Part shown: positions 10,286-21,300 of the stretch, piece by piece
Position numbering within the stretch: the stretch's first letter is position 1
Layout: the number at the start of each line of letters is the position of its first letter
Source: a virus
Virus record (IMG/VR): IMGVR_UViG_3300025141_000060
Coordinates: 10,991 to 74,990 of that record
Strand: one strand, 5' to 3'
DNA length: 64,000 bases
Translations under genes and position numbers: made by a program
The notes under the pieces: generated by a model
Databases searched by the model: none
Told to the model about the DNA's origin: nothing
What the model saw: only the letters and a program-made list of their open reading frames with translations

Positions 10286-13200
10286 TATTCCACTGGGTCA
10301 TCACCCATACTGCCATCAGAAGGCGAACTAAATATAGTGTTAGGTACTACCCTTGTATTATAAAAACGATTAAATCCTTGATGTAACGCATCAAAAATCC
10401 TTGCTAAGTTCCAATAGTGTACACTATTATCTAGTTGTCCACCATTAGCATTGCCATTATTTATACCCCCTTGTGCTACGGGCAATTGAATAGCAGAGAC
10501 AATTAAAGAACTAGCTATATGATTCGCATAAACTCCTTTATTTTCTTCTAAAATAAGATCATTTAGTTCGTACAAATCAACCCCACTAAAATCTACAAAG
10601 CTCTGTAGATGATACATTTCTTCATACCATTTCCCAAAACCTTGCGTTAAAGCAGTTTGAATTTGATTACCATTTTCATCAAGAACATAATCTCCTGCCG
10701 CATCCGTTTCCCAAACAAGATCACCTACATCATGAGCAAAATTAGATCCCAACCCTACCTTGCCCGAACTAGGTCTTATTAGTTTCCATACACCACCGCT
10801 AGTATCGGGAATAGCTTCTTTAGATTCTATTGTTATAGCCACATCGGGCGCATCATTAATATTTAAATAATTTATAGTCGGAGTCCATCTAGATGGAATA
10901 TATCCAATAAAATCGTCTGGGACTAGTCTCAGTGTCAATGCTTGCCTACGTCTTCTAGGAGTTGTGGGCTGAGGGGTGTATCCACCTCGCATCCCACCCA
11001 ACATCTCGGGTGGGCAAAGGACACTGCTTGTAAATGATCCGTGCATTTTTTGATCGCCTGTACTATTACCTATAGGGAAGAAAGCTTCACCCCAAGAATA
11101 CTGTCTTGCATGACTTGAGGCATCGGTTACACCTTTAAGAACATTATAAAAAGAAATCGAATCAGAAGGTATATTAAGAGGGTCTCTCGCAGGCAAAGTC
11201 GTCGCCCCTGCTATATCAGCAATAGTCGCTACAATATCCGTTAAATCAATCATAGCATGCGAGCTTACGCCTGCGGAAACTCCTGCACCACTAACAAACA
11301 TTGGGACAAGCATACCTCTGTCATAAAGAGTTGCTTTAAACCCATTTGCGGTGTCGTTTTCTCCTCCCCGTCTAACGGCAGAAGGTGATAACCCAGAGCA
11401 ATAAGCACCTAAGTTAAGCATCTTATCGTAAGTGGCCCCTAAACCCCCTGAGCCTGTGTAACTCCCACCCAAACTACTTGCATACCCAAGACCAATAGAA
11501 GAGGCATACGCTGCTCTCCGTCCTATATCAGGGCCTAATGCTCCATTATCGGAAGTTATAATAAAAACTGTATTCGATTTTTTCGTTTCATCCAAACCTT
11601 GTAAGAAAGAACTTAGAGTTGAATCAAAGTTTTCTAGCATAGCATTAACTGTAACCCAAGTAGAAGACGCTGAATCCGTTGCTCCTACGCCTGCCTCTAA
11701 TAAGGTATGCTGATTTATAGAGGACAACCCACTATTATATATGCCTCCTGAAGGGGGCCATGTATACGGAGTGTGTGGTATGTTGGGCGAAACATACATG
11801 AAAAAGGGCTCTTGGGCTGTATTAAAATAAGCACTAGCAGCCGAGAAGATGTAGTTTGTAGTATAAGAACTTGCGTCCCCTTGCCCGTACTCAACCTCGT
11901 CCGCAGACTGCTTAAAGCTTACATAATTGGAGTCAGAAACGGTATAAGTATCAGCAGTGGGAACACCTTCCTTCGTTGGTATCCCTGGTTTGGCGACAAA
12001 ATAATTAACATATCCCATATTTTTACCACCAGTATAGTACGAAGTTGATCCATTGTTAGGCCAATCATCTGGCTCAATAAACGCACCACTATTAGGATTA
12101 AGTCCAGGTATTGGATCAGCATCCAAATTAGAGAAAGTAGCTAAATAATCATCCCAGTAACCCTTTAAAGCAATGTGTGACCAACCATCACCTTTCCTAG
12201 TCGGGCTATTATCTTCACAATAAACAATATCATCTTCCCATATAGATAAGTGCCATTTACCAAACATAGCACACTGATAATCAATATCAGGTCTCTTTAA
12301 AAAGTTTCCTATGACAGGAGTAGTTGTTATAGTATTCACTCCCCCCAATCCGTCCTCAACCTGATTAGTTAAGTTTTCAAGATCTCCGGTCTTATTTAAA
12401 AACCTAAACCCAGAATTCAGGCCCTTTAAACCACCTCGCGTCCTTCTTGCCGAACTTGGGACAATTCCTATCCCAGGACCCCAGAACCCACGACCTGTGC
12501 CTCCGAAATTTTTAGTACTAAAATTATATCTTCCTGTAAGTAAAGCTGCTCTGGTGGGAGCGCAGGCTGGTTGCGCCCTAACATTAAACATTTGCATTCC
12601 AGCAGCAGCAATTGCACTTAAGGTAGGGGTATAAGGATATAAACTACTTCCATTAACAGGATCATCTAAAACACTAAACGGGGTGGCGGCTGTATGGTTA
12701 TCATTCTGTATTTCGTAAGGATTAATAGCATCGTAGTTTCCTAAATGATCCATCCCTACATCATCTATCATAATAAGAACAACATTCTTTCGATCACCTC
12801 CAGGCGTAGTTTCCGAACTCTCCTCATCTACGATAAACTTTAATTGCCAATCAATAACTAAAGAAAAATCGCTTGTTTTTGTTATTCCTGATCCATCTGC
12901 TAACTGTTTATATGCCACTAAAACTGATTGATCTTTTTTTATATTAGCCTTTCCATCTCTAATAAATAAACCAAATTCTGTGATAGGCACATTATTCAAA
13001 TTATTTGCCATCTCTTCTGTTAACGTCAATCTATAGTGTACCACTCCATCTATAACTTTAGTGGAATGAGAATCAGGTAAAACGGCAAACACCCCCTCAT
13101 CATACTGAGTAGCGAAAGCAGCATCAAAATTTGAAGGATGATACTTGAGAATTTCGTGAGTATTAATCCGAATCTCTGAGTCTTTTCCATAATCATCTTC

Positions 13201-13452
13201 AAGCATTAAAGGATTATTGAGAGTACTTATATATTTTGCTGTGCCTGCTTCAACATGATCATCTGGGTTTAGTCTGCCTAAACCAACTTGAAAATAGCCT
13301 ACGAGATGATCTGAAAGATCAGTGGATCCCGTATCCGTAAAGATGTTGCAAAGCCCAACACCAAGTCCATCGGTAAGAATGTTATGATCTTTACATACAC
13401 ACTCTTCTGTACCATCCTTAAAAACTTTAGTAATTTCTACTGATCCTTTCAT
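10285..13452 (-). CDS. Fusion of a tail fibre attachment domain and a formylglycine-dependent (S1 family) sulfatase
   Basis: N-terminal ~205 aa paralogous to 9698-10285; then NVVLIMIDD, CAPTRAALLTGR (CxPxR), GKWHL, PHTP, SDNG and K-x-T-L-Y sulfatase motifs. Confidence 0.85.
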   Translation of the reverse strand: MKGSVEITKVFKDGTEECVCKDHNILTDGLGVGLCNIFTDTGSTDLSDHLVGYFQVGLGRLNPDDHVEAGTAKYISTLNNPLMLEDDYGKDSEIRINTHEILKYHPSNFDAAFATQYDEGVFAVLPDSHSTKVIDGVVHYRLTLTEEMANNLNNVPITEFGLFIRDGKANIKKDQSVLVAYKQLADGSGITKTSDFSLVIDWQLKFIVDEESSETTPGGDRKNVVLIMIDDVGMDHLGNYDAINPYEIQNDNHTAATPFSVLDDPVNGSSLYPYTPTLSAIAAAGMQMFNVRAQPACAPTRAALLTGRYNFSTKNFGGTGRGFWGPGIGIVPSSARRTRGGLKGLNSGFRFLNKTGDLENLTNQVEDGLGGVNTITTTPVIGNFLKRPDIDYQCAMFGKWHLSIWEDDIVYCEDNSPTRKGDGWSHIALKGYWDDYLATFSNLDADPIPGLNPNSGAFIEPDDWPNNGSTSYYTGGKNMGYVNYFVAKPGIPTKEGVPTADTYTVSDSNYVSFKQSADEVEYGQGDASSYTTNYIFSAASAYFNTAQEPFFMYVSPNIPHTPYTWPPSGGIYNSGLSSINQHTLLEAGVGATDSASSTWVTVNAMLENFDSTLSSFLQGLDETKKSNTVFIITSDNGALGPDIGRRAAYASSIGLGYASSLGGSYTGSGGLGATYDKMLNLGAYCSGLSPSAVRRGGENDTANGFKATLYDRGMLVPMFVSGAGVSAGVSSHAMIDLTDIVATIADIAGATTLPARDPLNIPSDSISFYNVLKGVTDASSHARQYSWGEAFFPIGNSTGDQKMHGSFTSSVLCPPEMLGGMRGGYTPQPTTPRRRRQALTLRLVPDDFIGYIPSRWTPTINYLNINDAPDVAITIESKEAIPDTSGGVWKLIRPSSGKVGLGSNFAHDVGDLVWETDAAGDYVLDENGNQIQTALTQGFGKWYEEMYHLQSFVDFSGVDLYELNDLILEENKGVYANHIASSLIVSAIQLPVAQGGINNGNANGGQLDNSVHYWNLARIFDALHQGFNRFYNTRVVPNTIFSSPSDGSMGDDPVE

Positions 13453-15302
13453 ACTGTCCCTATAAAGTTAAGCTTCCAAACAATTGTTAGATCGGAGTAC
13501 TGGTCCGCCCCAGCAACGGTCCCCGCATCTTTTATAGCACACAAATTTTTAGTTAAACTCTTTTCTGCAAATAACTTATATACTATTTTATTATAGCCTG
13601 CCCCAAATTTAAGGGGGAAACTTGGTAAGGCTTTTGGTTGTCCATCAAGTCGAGTAGTGGATAAGGTTTTATCTAAATCAAGTGTCCACAAGCCTAACTT
13701 ATATATACCACCATACATATTAGCTAACCCTAAATCACCTGATGATATTGTACAAATACAGGATAATTCACTCCCCCCAATAGCTGAAAAATCAGCGTCT
13801 GCTGAGACAATTAATCCTGATGCTGGGTCAATAATACGGTTAGGATATATTGGTTTTCCACCTTCATCTACATTAGTAAAAGCAGTCGTTGAAGAGGGCA
13901 TATACGCTCTAACAAAGCCATCTCTATCCATAGCTCTTACTGAAGACGAGTTGAAAAAGTTATCGTCCCCTGGGCTTTTTGGATAAGTCCCACTAAAATA
14001 AATGCTGCTTGTGCCACCAGTGGAATTTTCAATCTTTGATAACGACGATAAAATTGCATAATCAGTGCCGCTAGTATGGGGATAACACCCTAAAAATATA
14101 TCTCCATCAAGCCCCCCTTCCTCAAAAGTTGGGCGCACACCCGACACTTTTTGGTATTTAGTGGCTCCATAGCTTTCCTCTAACTGCCAACCCCACATAA
14201 ATAGGCTCCCACCAGTAGGAGATCCATTGGAAATATTATACCTAACTTCTACTTGATCGCCATTCACAGTATTTGCATCAGTACCCAACCCTTCTAAATA
14301 CGCATCCAATCTATACCAACCAGTAGAAGACGTTTCGGAAACTACAGGAGTAACACTACCTAGTATACCATTTGTGCCTGTTACAAACTCTGGGGGAATA
14401 TGCTTTCCTGCTGTTGAATCCCATAGAGAGAAGGTAGCAATATGGTTAACAGCCGTTCCTGTCTTATCTCTTATGTGCATAGTAAATCCAGAAGTTTCAT
14501 TACCAAATTCAGGTTGCTTAATATAAAGACTTAGAGTATGGTCTACATTATCATGAAAACTTGTTTTCCATAAATTAACCGAGGATTGTCTTAGGCTGCC
14601 TACCGTGTTGTATGTCGAACTTACATAATAAGCAGATGTTCCGTAGAAGGGGCCTGTATGCGTTCCCGACAAAGTAGCAGTTGCAACATTAGCAGAAGTC
14701 CAGTAAGCTAAAGGAGGGTCACTCCAAGGACCTTCAGTGTAAGACAGAAGATTTGGGTTACTTTGAGAGCCAAGCCTATTTAAATTATGTCCCACCGCAT
14801 GGGCTCTACCTTGCATCAACGTAGCTCCCATGTGATGATATTGACCAGACGCTGCATCTATCGCAGCCATTGTGTCAGGCTCTAATTGCTTATCTGTAGG
14901 GTTGGGAGCTAGACCTGGATCTCTTTTGGGATCGTAAGAGGATGTGGTAGAGGCTATATTTTCATTAACAAGAGACACGGCGCGAACTCTATTATCACTT
15001 TTAACGGAGCTTACATACGAATGATACTTAGAACCCACGCTCGTATAATCCGAGACACTGTGGGGATAAAAATGACCATTATTTCTATAAGCATCAGAGC
15101 TTTTACCAAATGATATTGCCTTTATGGTAAAGTTTGAAGCGTCTGTAACACCTTTAACAGGTGCTACATTAATAGAAGAGGGGGTTGTTAAAAGAGTACA
15201 GATGTTCTCAGAAGCCCCATCGACCCACAAATTGGATTCTTTATGAACTAGTTTTTGATTATCTGTTGCAAAATTTTGATAAATTTCTACGGTACCAAAC
15301 AT
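13449..15302 (-). CDS. Tail fibre attachment-domain paralogue with an inserted carbohydrate-binding-like beta-sandwich
   Basis: MFGTVEI..N..VDG start and LGLW..LFAEK..LTIVWKLNF end; insert with NPNLL...GWYR...WGWQLEE. Confidence 0.55.
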   Translation of the reverse strand: MFGTVEIYQNFATDNQKLVHKESNLWVDGASENICTLLTTPSSINVAPVKGVTDASNFTIKAISFGKSSDAYRNNGHFYPHSVSDYTSVGSKYHSYVSSVKSDNRVRAVSLVNENIASTTSSYDPKRDPGLAPNPTDKQLEPDTMAAIDAASGQYHHMGATLMQGRAHAVGHNLNRLGSQSNPNLLSYTEGPWSDPPLAYWTSANVATATLSGTHTGPFYGTSAYYVSSTYNTVGSLRQSSVNLWKTSFHDNVDHTLSLYIKQPEFGNETSGFTMHIRDKTGTAVNHIATFSLWDSTAGKHIPPEFVTGTNGILGSVTPVVSETSSTGWYRLDAYLEGLGTDANTVNGDQVEVRYNISNGSPTGGSLFMWGWQLEESYGATKYQKVSGVRPTFEEGGLDGDIFLGCYPHTSGTDYAILSSLSKIENSTGGTSSIYFSGTYPKSPGDDNFFNSSSVRAMDRDGFVRAYMPSSTTAFTNVDEGGKPIYPNRIIDPASGLIVSADADFSAIGGSELSCICTISSGDLGLANMYGGIYKLGLWTLDLDKTLSTTRLDGQPKALPSFPLKFGAGYNKIVYKLFAEKSLTKNLCAIKDAGTVAGADQYSDLTIVWKLNFIGTV

Positions 15303-18300
15303 TTAATTATCAACCTCCAACTGAGTATAATTTCCATAAGTTCCATCCTCACCAGTCCCCACGGGGTCTGGGTGATTTCTATAAGAAAGCCTACTTCCAC
15401 CACTAGCACAATGTACAGCAGAAGAATCAGACCAGACACGAGTATTAAATCCCTTCCTTGTTGCTGCTTTCCCTAGTTTATTAAAGTACCTAAATAAATG
15501 TAATAAATCAATCGGCTCTATAGATTTATACCCTTTCACTGATTTTCCTATATTGGTTCCTTCTATAGACCCCGATAAAGTTAAAACCCGTGCGCTTTCT
15601 GGTTCCTGTGAGAAATTCTCGGGCCTTAAAATCCTCTTACCCAGGCTAAAGTTTATTGGACCTGAATACTCTAACCCACTATTATCGTAAAATTTAATAC
15701 CTTTATAAAGATTGGCCTTAAAAACAGAATAGGGCGCAGATGATTTAACTAAAGTTAGCTTTTTTAAACTCGAAAGATCTTTCTCATAAGTATAGACCTC
15801 GTCATTACTATCTTTATATAATTTCCTACCTACTAAAACCTCTTCGTTTTCATATATAGTAAGCATATTTGTCTGCGCTGAGTCGTAACTAATTACATTT
15901 GCTATTTCTCCTGTAGCAGCATTGCCTCCATTATTTGAGGGTGTGGGATTAAGTTGGTTGTGCCCTAATCTAAATACACGAGACTGTTCGTATCGCCTAA
16001 AATCCCCAGCCCTAGTTGCAGCATATAATCCATACCCCCAAGTAAGTAGTTTGCAAGGAGTGTGCAGGATAGCTTCTCGCTGATTATTGCCTACTGGAAG
16101 GTCTTCAGGGAGTAACCCATCAAACCTATCGTTATACGCCTGCACAAAACATCTAAGCCCCTTATTTTGTACAGCATCTATTCCTAAGGTGGCATTTCCA
16201 GCATTCATCTCAAATGCATCATAAGGAATAGTTACCCTGACCTTATACCAGGACACTTTATCTGCGTTAGGGTATAGGGTAGTCCAAGGAACAACAATTT
16301 CTTCAACAGAAGCAGCATCATCGCCCGTATAAGAATGTCCGTTGGTTAGAATAGAGCTTGTATAGGCCCCTGCCCCCCAATAGGGAGAGGCAACAGGCTC
16401 TCCTAATTTAAGTACTAATCTTGTGTAACTATTATTACTTCCTATAGGCGCAATCGTGACCATCGCTGATGTGGCATAGTTATCTTGAAAAGATTCGTCT
16501 CCCTTAGCTTTTCCTCTAAGATAAACACAAAAACTATATGGTTGCCCTTGTATTAATTTATTTCGTTCAACATCTCGATAAACGGACAAAGGAGGGAAAG
16601 TTATACCTCCCGCCTCTGAAAAACTATTATATTGTTCGTCCGATACACCCCAAACATTTGTATTAGGGTGAGCGCGGCTTCTTCCAGCCTGGAGTTGGAA
16701 GAATGATCTTGCTGCCCCAACCATCCCTGTTGGGTCTAAAACAGTTGGAAGAAGGGGGTCCACCCCTGCTGGTACATACTCCCAATTATCTTCATCCCCT
16801 AACGCATCTATATCTAAGAAAACATTATCGGATTCTGTTATAGTAGGTTTAACTCTCTTACTAGTAAAATCTATCTCAATGGGTTCTCCAATAGAAAAAC
16901 CCACAATCCAACCAGAAAAAGGGTTATTACCTGTATAATTTTCTAAATCACTATAAAAGAATCTATCATCTTCTTTAGAATATCCTAATGGATTAGTGTT
17001 TCCAGGTAATAGTGTATTGAGTTCCAAGAATGTTTTTGGTGTTGAGACCATATGTTGTTCTATGCACGAGTGCCCTGGTCTAGCTAATGCTAATAATGGA
17101 GAACCCAACAAGGACCCTCGCTGGTGTGTATGGAAATAAGGCCAAACCGCTAAACCCCCTCCAAAACCCAAACTGGTTGGGTTTTGGCTGATCTCTTCTC
17201 TTTTGCCTTGAGGTATATAATCTGACCATTGGTTATAGGAGTGGAAGCCCTTTCTGGCTACCCAATAAGCTGTATGAAGATCACCGTCGTTCGCTCCGCC
17301 AGGGGCATGATTCTCACCAAAACCACTAGGCCATTTTGTCATAGTAGAATTACATATTCCTGTGTATGGAATTTTGCCCATCAATCCATCATCTCCTACA
17401 TCATCCCCATGCTCTGAATAGAAGTTAAGAATCGCCCCACCTGGAAAAAACTCACCGCTATTGGGGTTTCTATAGCTATTCCAGTCAGGTGCTCCAATAA
17501 CTGTCCACAACTCACTAGCGTAACTCATGGGTCCACAATCACCCCCTGGATTCTCACAAACCGCTAAAATATTAGGAAGATCCCCAACAGAGGTTCTAAA
17601 GAGATCATAGGTAAGGTCCCCAGCTATATCTGTACCTACAGTAGTTGAGGATTTGGTTAATGCTAGAGGGCTTCCATCTGGCATACGTAATTCAATCTCC
17701 TGTGGAGCATCTTGCTGCAAAGTTAAATCAGGAATAACGGCTTCATAAGGTACTTGAGCGGCATCGTTAAGTGTTTTATCTACTAAACTTATGTCATCAA
17801 AAACAACAAATCTTTTTTCGGAATTTAGGTTGGGATATTGGAATAACTCTAAAATATAATCTTGCGATAGATCTGAATCAAAAATGTTCGCTCTATGAAG
17901 TTGAACGTGACGCCCGTTATATATGCTGGAAAGCGAGGAATCAGCATTATAATAAGTTCCATACTCAAAAGGAACTGGAGTTTTTTGGTTTTTTGTATGG
18001 AACTTAAGCTTTACGGACTGCTTATCCTCTTCTGTTATATACCTAAGTAGTGTATTATTATCACTGATAACGTCACACTGAGTATCTTGAATCTGTATAT
18101 TAGTTTCTTCCTTTCCTAAGAAAGTATGTGTATAGTTATTTAATATATTGGAAATACCTGAAGCAGCATTATTTATATTTGAAACTTTTTCCATCTTCCA
18201 CTCCCCATTAGGAGCCCAAAAGAAAACCACAGAATCACCGTTATTAGTTTTTTCAACTTTAGTTCTAAGAACCGCACCAATGCTTCCTCCCCCTAAAATC

Positions 18301-21300
18301 GAAGAATCTAACTTACCCGTAAAAAAGTTAACAGTTAACTCAAAATCATGATCAGGAATAAGTATATTTTTTTCCATCTCTGTGTAGCCAGACAAATCGA
18401 ATTTTATTCTAGGTAAGCCTGCTCCTCTTGTTCGCATATAAACACACGGATTCTTTATTAGATAATTATCAAACGTAGAATTTACAGTCTTTTGGTCTGA
18501 ATCAAAATTTAATATAGCAAAATCAGTAGCTATAGAACCTAAATTCAATCTATCAGATGAAGAAGTGTCAATAAAAGAAATACCGCTCAAGAAGTGAGAG
18601 GCAACAAATTCAGGATTACCGTAGTAAGGGGTGTTTGCATTTTGCACAGACGAAACACCTACCTCACCGTCAAGAAGTGCGGCACCAGAAACATTTAATT
18701 GTATATAAAAAGGATTCTGAATTTTTGTAGTTATAAGGTTTGTTGCTGGGGTGGAATCAGGCAAAAGTATCTCAGGATCTATTGCTGAACCATCAATAGA
18801 AAAATCAGAATTATAATAAATGGGTCCGTATGTATGAGATAAAATCGTAGGACCTCCTTGCTTAACAGTAACAAGCTGATTTTCAGGCAACGAGCTTCCA
18901 TCAAGTGCAGAAAGAAAATATTTATTATATGTGTTGTATATCGTATGAATCCCATTAGCGTTTCTTCTTCTAAGACTAAACTCTCTCTTATCGAGCTTAG
19001 GGGATAAATATTTATCGAACCCAACATCCTCTATCATATTAGCAAAAGACCTTGGTACATCTTTCCAAATCGAAGAAGCAGAAAATAGGTTATAGTTAAG
19101 TTTATAAGTCTCATCAGCAATACCTTCTTTCTTCAACTCATGAAATTTAAACAATGTATAGATCTCTTCTGGTAGCGTATCCCTCCTAACAAACTGATCA
19201 CAAGAGGAAAAAGCAAGTGAGTCATAGTTTCTTGATAAGAAAGCACTACTAACATTTAAATTAAAGTAAGAATCATTAGATGCAGAGCCTGCGCAATCTT
19301 TTGAATACACCCCACTAAGGTTTTCTGGAGTTGCAGGAACTAAACCAAATGAAGAAGGATTCCAACCTAAAGGAAGAAAATCTAGTATAGAACTTGTATT
19401 ATTATAGAAAGTAGGCATATTACGTCCACCTCTGTCAAACCATCCTTTTTGTTCTAAAGTGTTATGAAAATCTCTTCTTCTTAAGGATTTTCTTTTTACT
19501 GGTTGTCCTATATTGGTAGCTGTTGGGGGCACTATCTCAATAGTATTGACAACCGAAGATACAATGTTATTAGAATATTTGGCTTGTTCTCTAGTGAATA
19601 CGGGTAACTTAGCATGTTCGATGGTGCTTTGGGAATCATCAAAACCATTATATTTCTCTTCTCCTAATGCAAACCCTGTAATTCTATCGTAGATACCTGA
19701 CGCAGAAAAGTTATTAAGCATTCCTGAGACTCCACAAACATCTTGCCCCCTAGCGCCAACCTCACCTACGTCTTTACGCGGAACAATAATACTAGGACAT
19801 ATATAATCAATACCGCTTGCATACTCCGCTGCTTTTAAAACAACTCTTGTTCTAGGAATTGCTTTAGCAGGCACAAAATCATCCATTATAGACAAAGATT
19901 GAAGTATCTCTGCATTGCTGTACTGCCCAGAGGAGTCTTGAAATAAAATACTGGAGAAATCGCCCGAACATACCGTAAAATCAAAAGTTGAGGATTTCCC
20001 ATTCCACAAACTTAAAGCATCATAATCTTGGTATACTTTATTATCAATAATACTATCGTAATTTGGAGGTAGCTGTACGGAGGAGGTAAAGAAGACATAC
20101 CCATTATCTAAATATAAATCAGTACGATCATTCCCAGATAAGATATAATTATTGGTATAATCATAGAAGCTGTTTGTAAAATTAACATCAATACAGAATC
20201 GCTCTAATTCAGATTTGTAAAAATGAAGGAGTTCGTCAGTTACAGCACAATTTCTAAAAAACTTTTCATCATCCCAAGGTGGGACAGGTGTAGTACGCCC
20301 TCTGTAATGAAATCTAAAATTATCATCGCCTTTAATAGCTAATTTTTTTGAGTATAGTTTGGAATAATACTCTCCTGTGTACCAAGTCCCCTCCCAGTTA
20401 ACAATAGGCCCAAGCCAACCTCGCCCGTCCTCAGTTATATTAAGTCTAAAAGGCTCATTTCTGATAAAGAATAGATACGGATAGGCTTCTACGGCATTAC
20501 TTATAATGCTGTCAACAGCCGCTCTAATATTTTGGTCTTTATTATTTGAACTATAGGTTTGTGGATCAATACCATAAGAAATAGCGGTATCAATACTGTA
20601 TGTTTTTGGATTAAACATATCAGTCTCAGTTATTAGTAAATAATAAAGTAATTGAGGAATATAGGACTCAAACATTTCTGATATTGCGCCACTAACATCA
20701 ATAGGATTATTTACAATAATGGTATCAAGTGCATCAATTAACCCTTGTTTAGTTCCTTTTTTTCTATAAAGGGATGCAGCATTTCTTATTTGATTCCTCC
20801 ATGATGCAGGATTATTTCCATAGAGTTTCCACCCTAATAAGCTGGCGAGGTATGGAAGGTACTCAGGAGGACAATTTTCAATAGATCCTAATGTTTCTAA
20901 AGATTCTACTTGATTGTCAATATCTCTTAAAGAATAAGAAAGCCCTCGTAAAAATTTATGAAAGGGACCTTTAGGTTCTGTGCTTTGTAATTCGTAATTT
21001 GAAGAGCCTAAACCAGCTTCTATAGCATTTTTTACTACTTCATCTTCCCTGTCAATATAAAGCGGGGAATAAATAACATCAATTAGAGTTTTTAGCTTAT
21101 CAAGGTTTTGGGTCCCACTTGTATACGATCCAGTTCCTGACTGAAAACTCCCAGGAAGCATCTTAGCGTCTAAAGAGCTAAAATTAGAGAAGTTAGTCCA
21201 AAGATATTCTTGATAATCTTTAATGCCGTCATTTATTAAATACGTTGTATTTTTATAAAGGTTCTTAACAATAGAACTAGCTATCAATGATGATGGAGAA

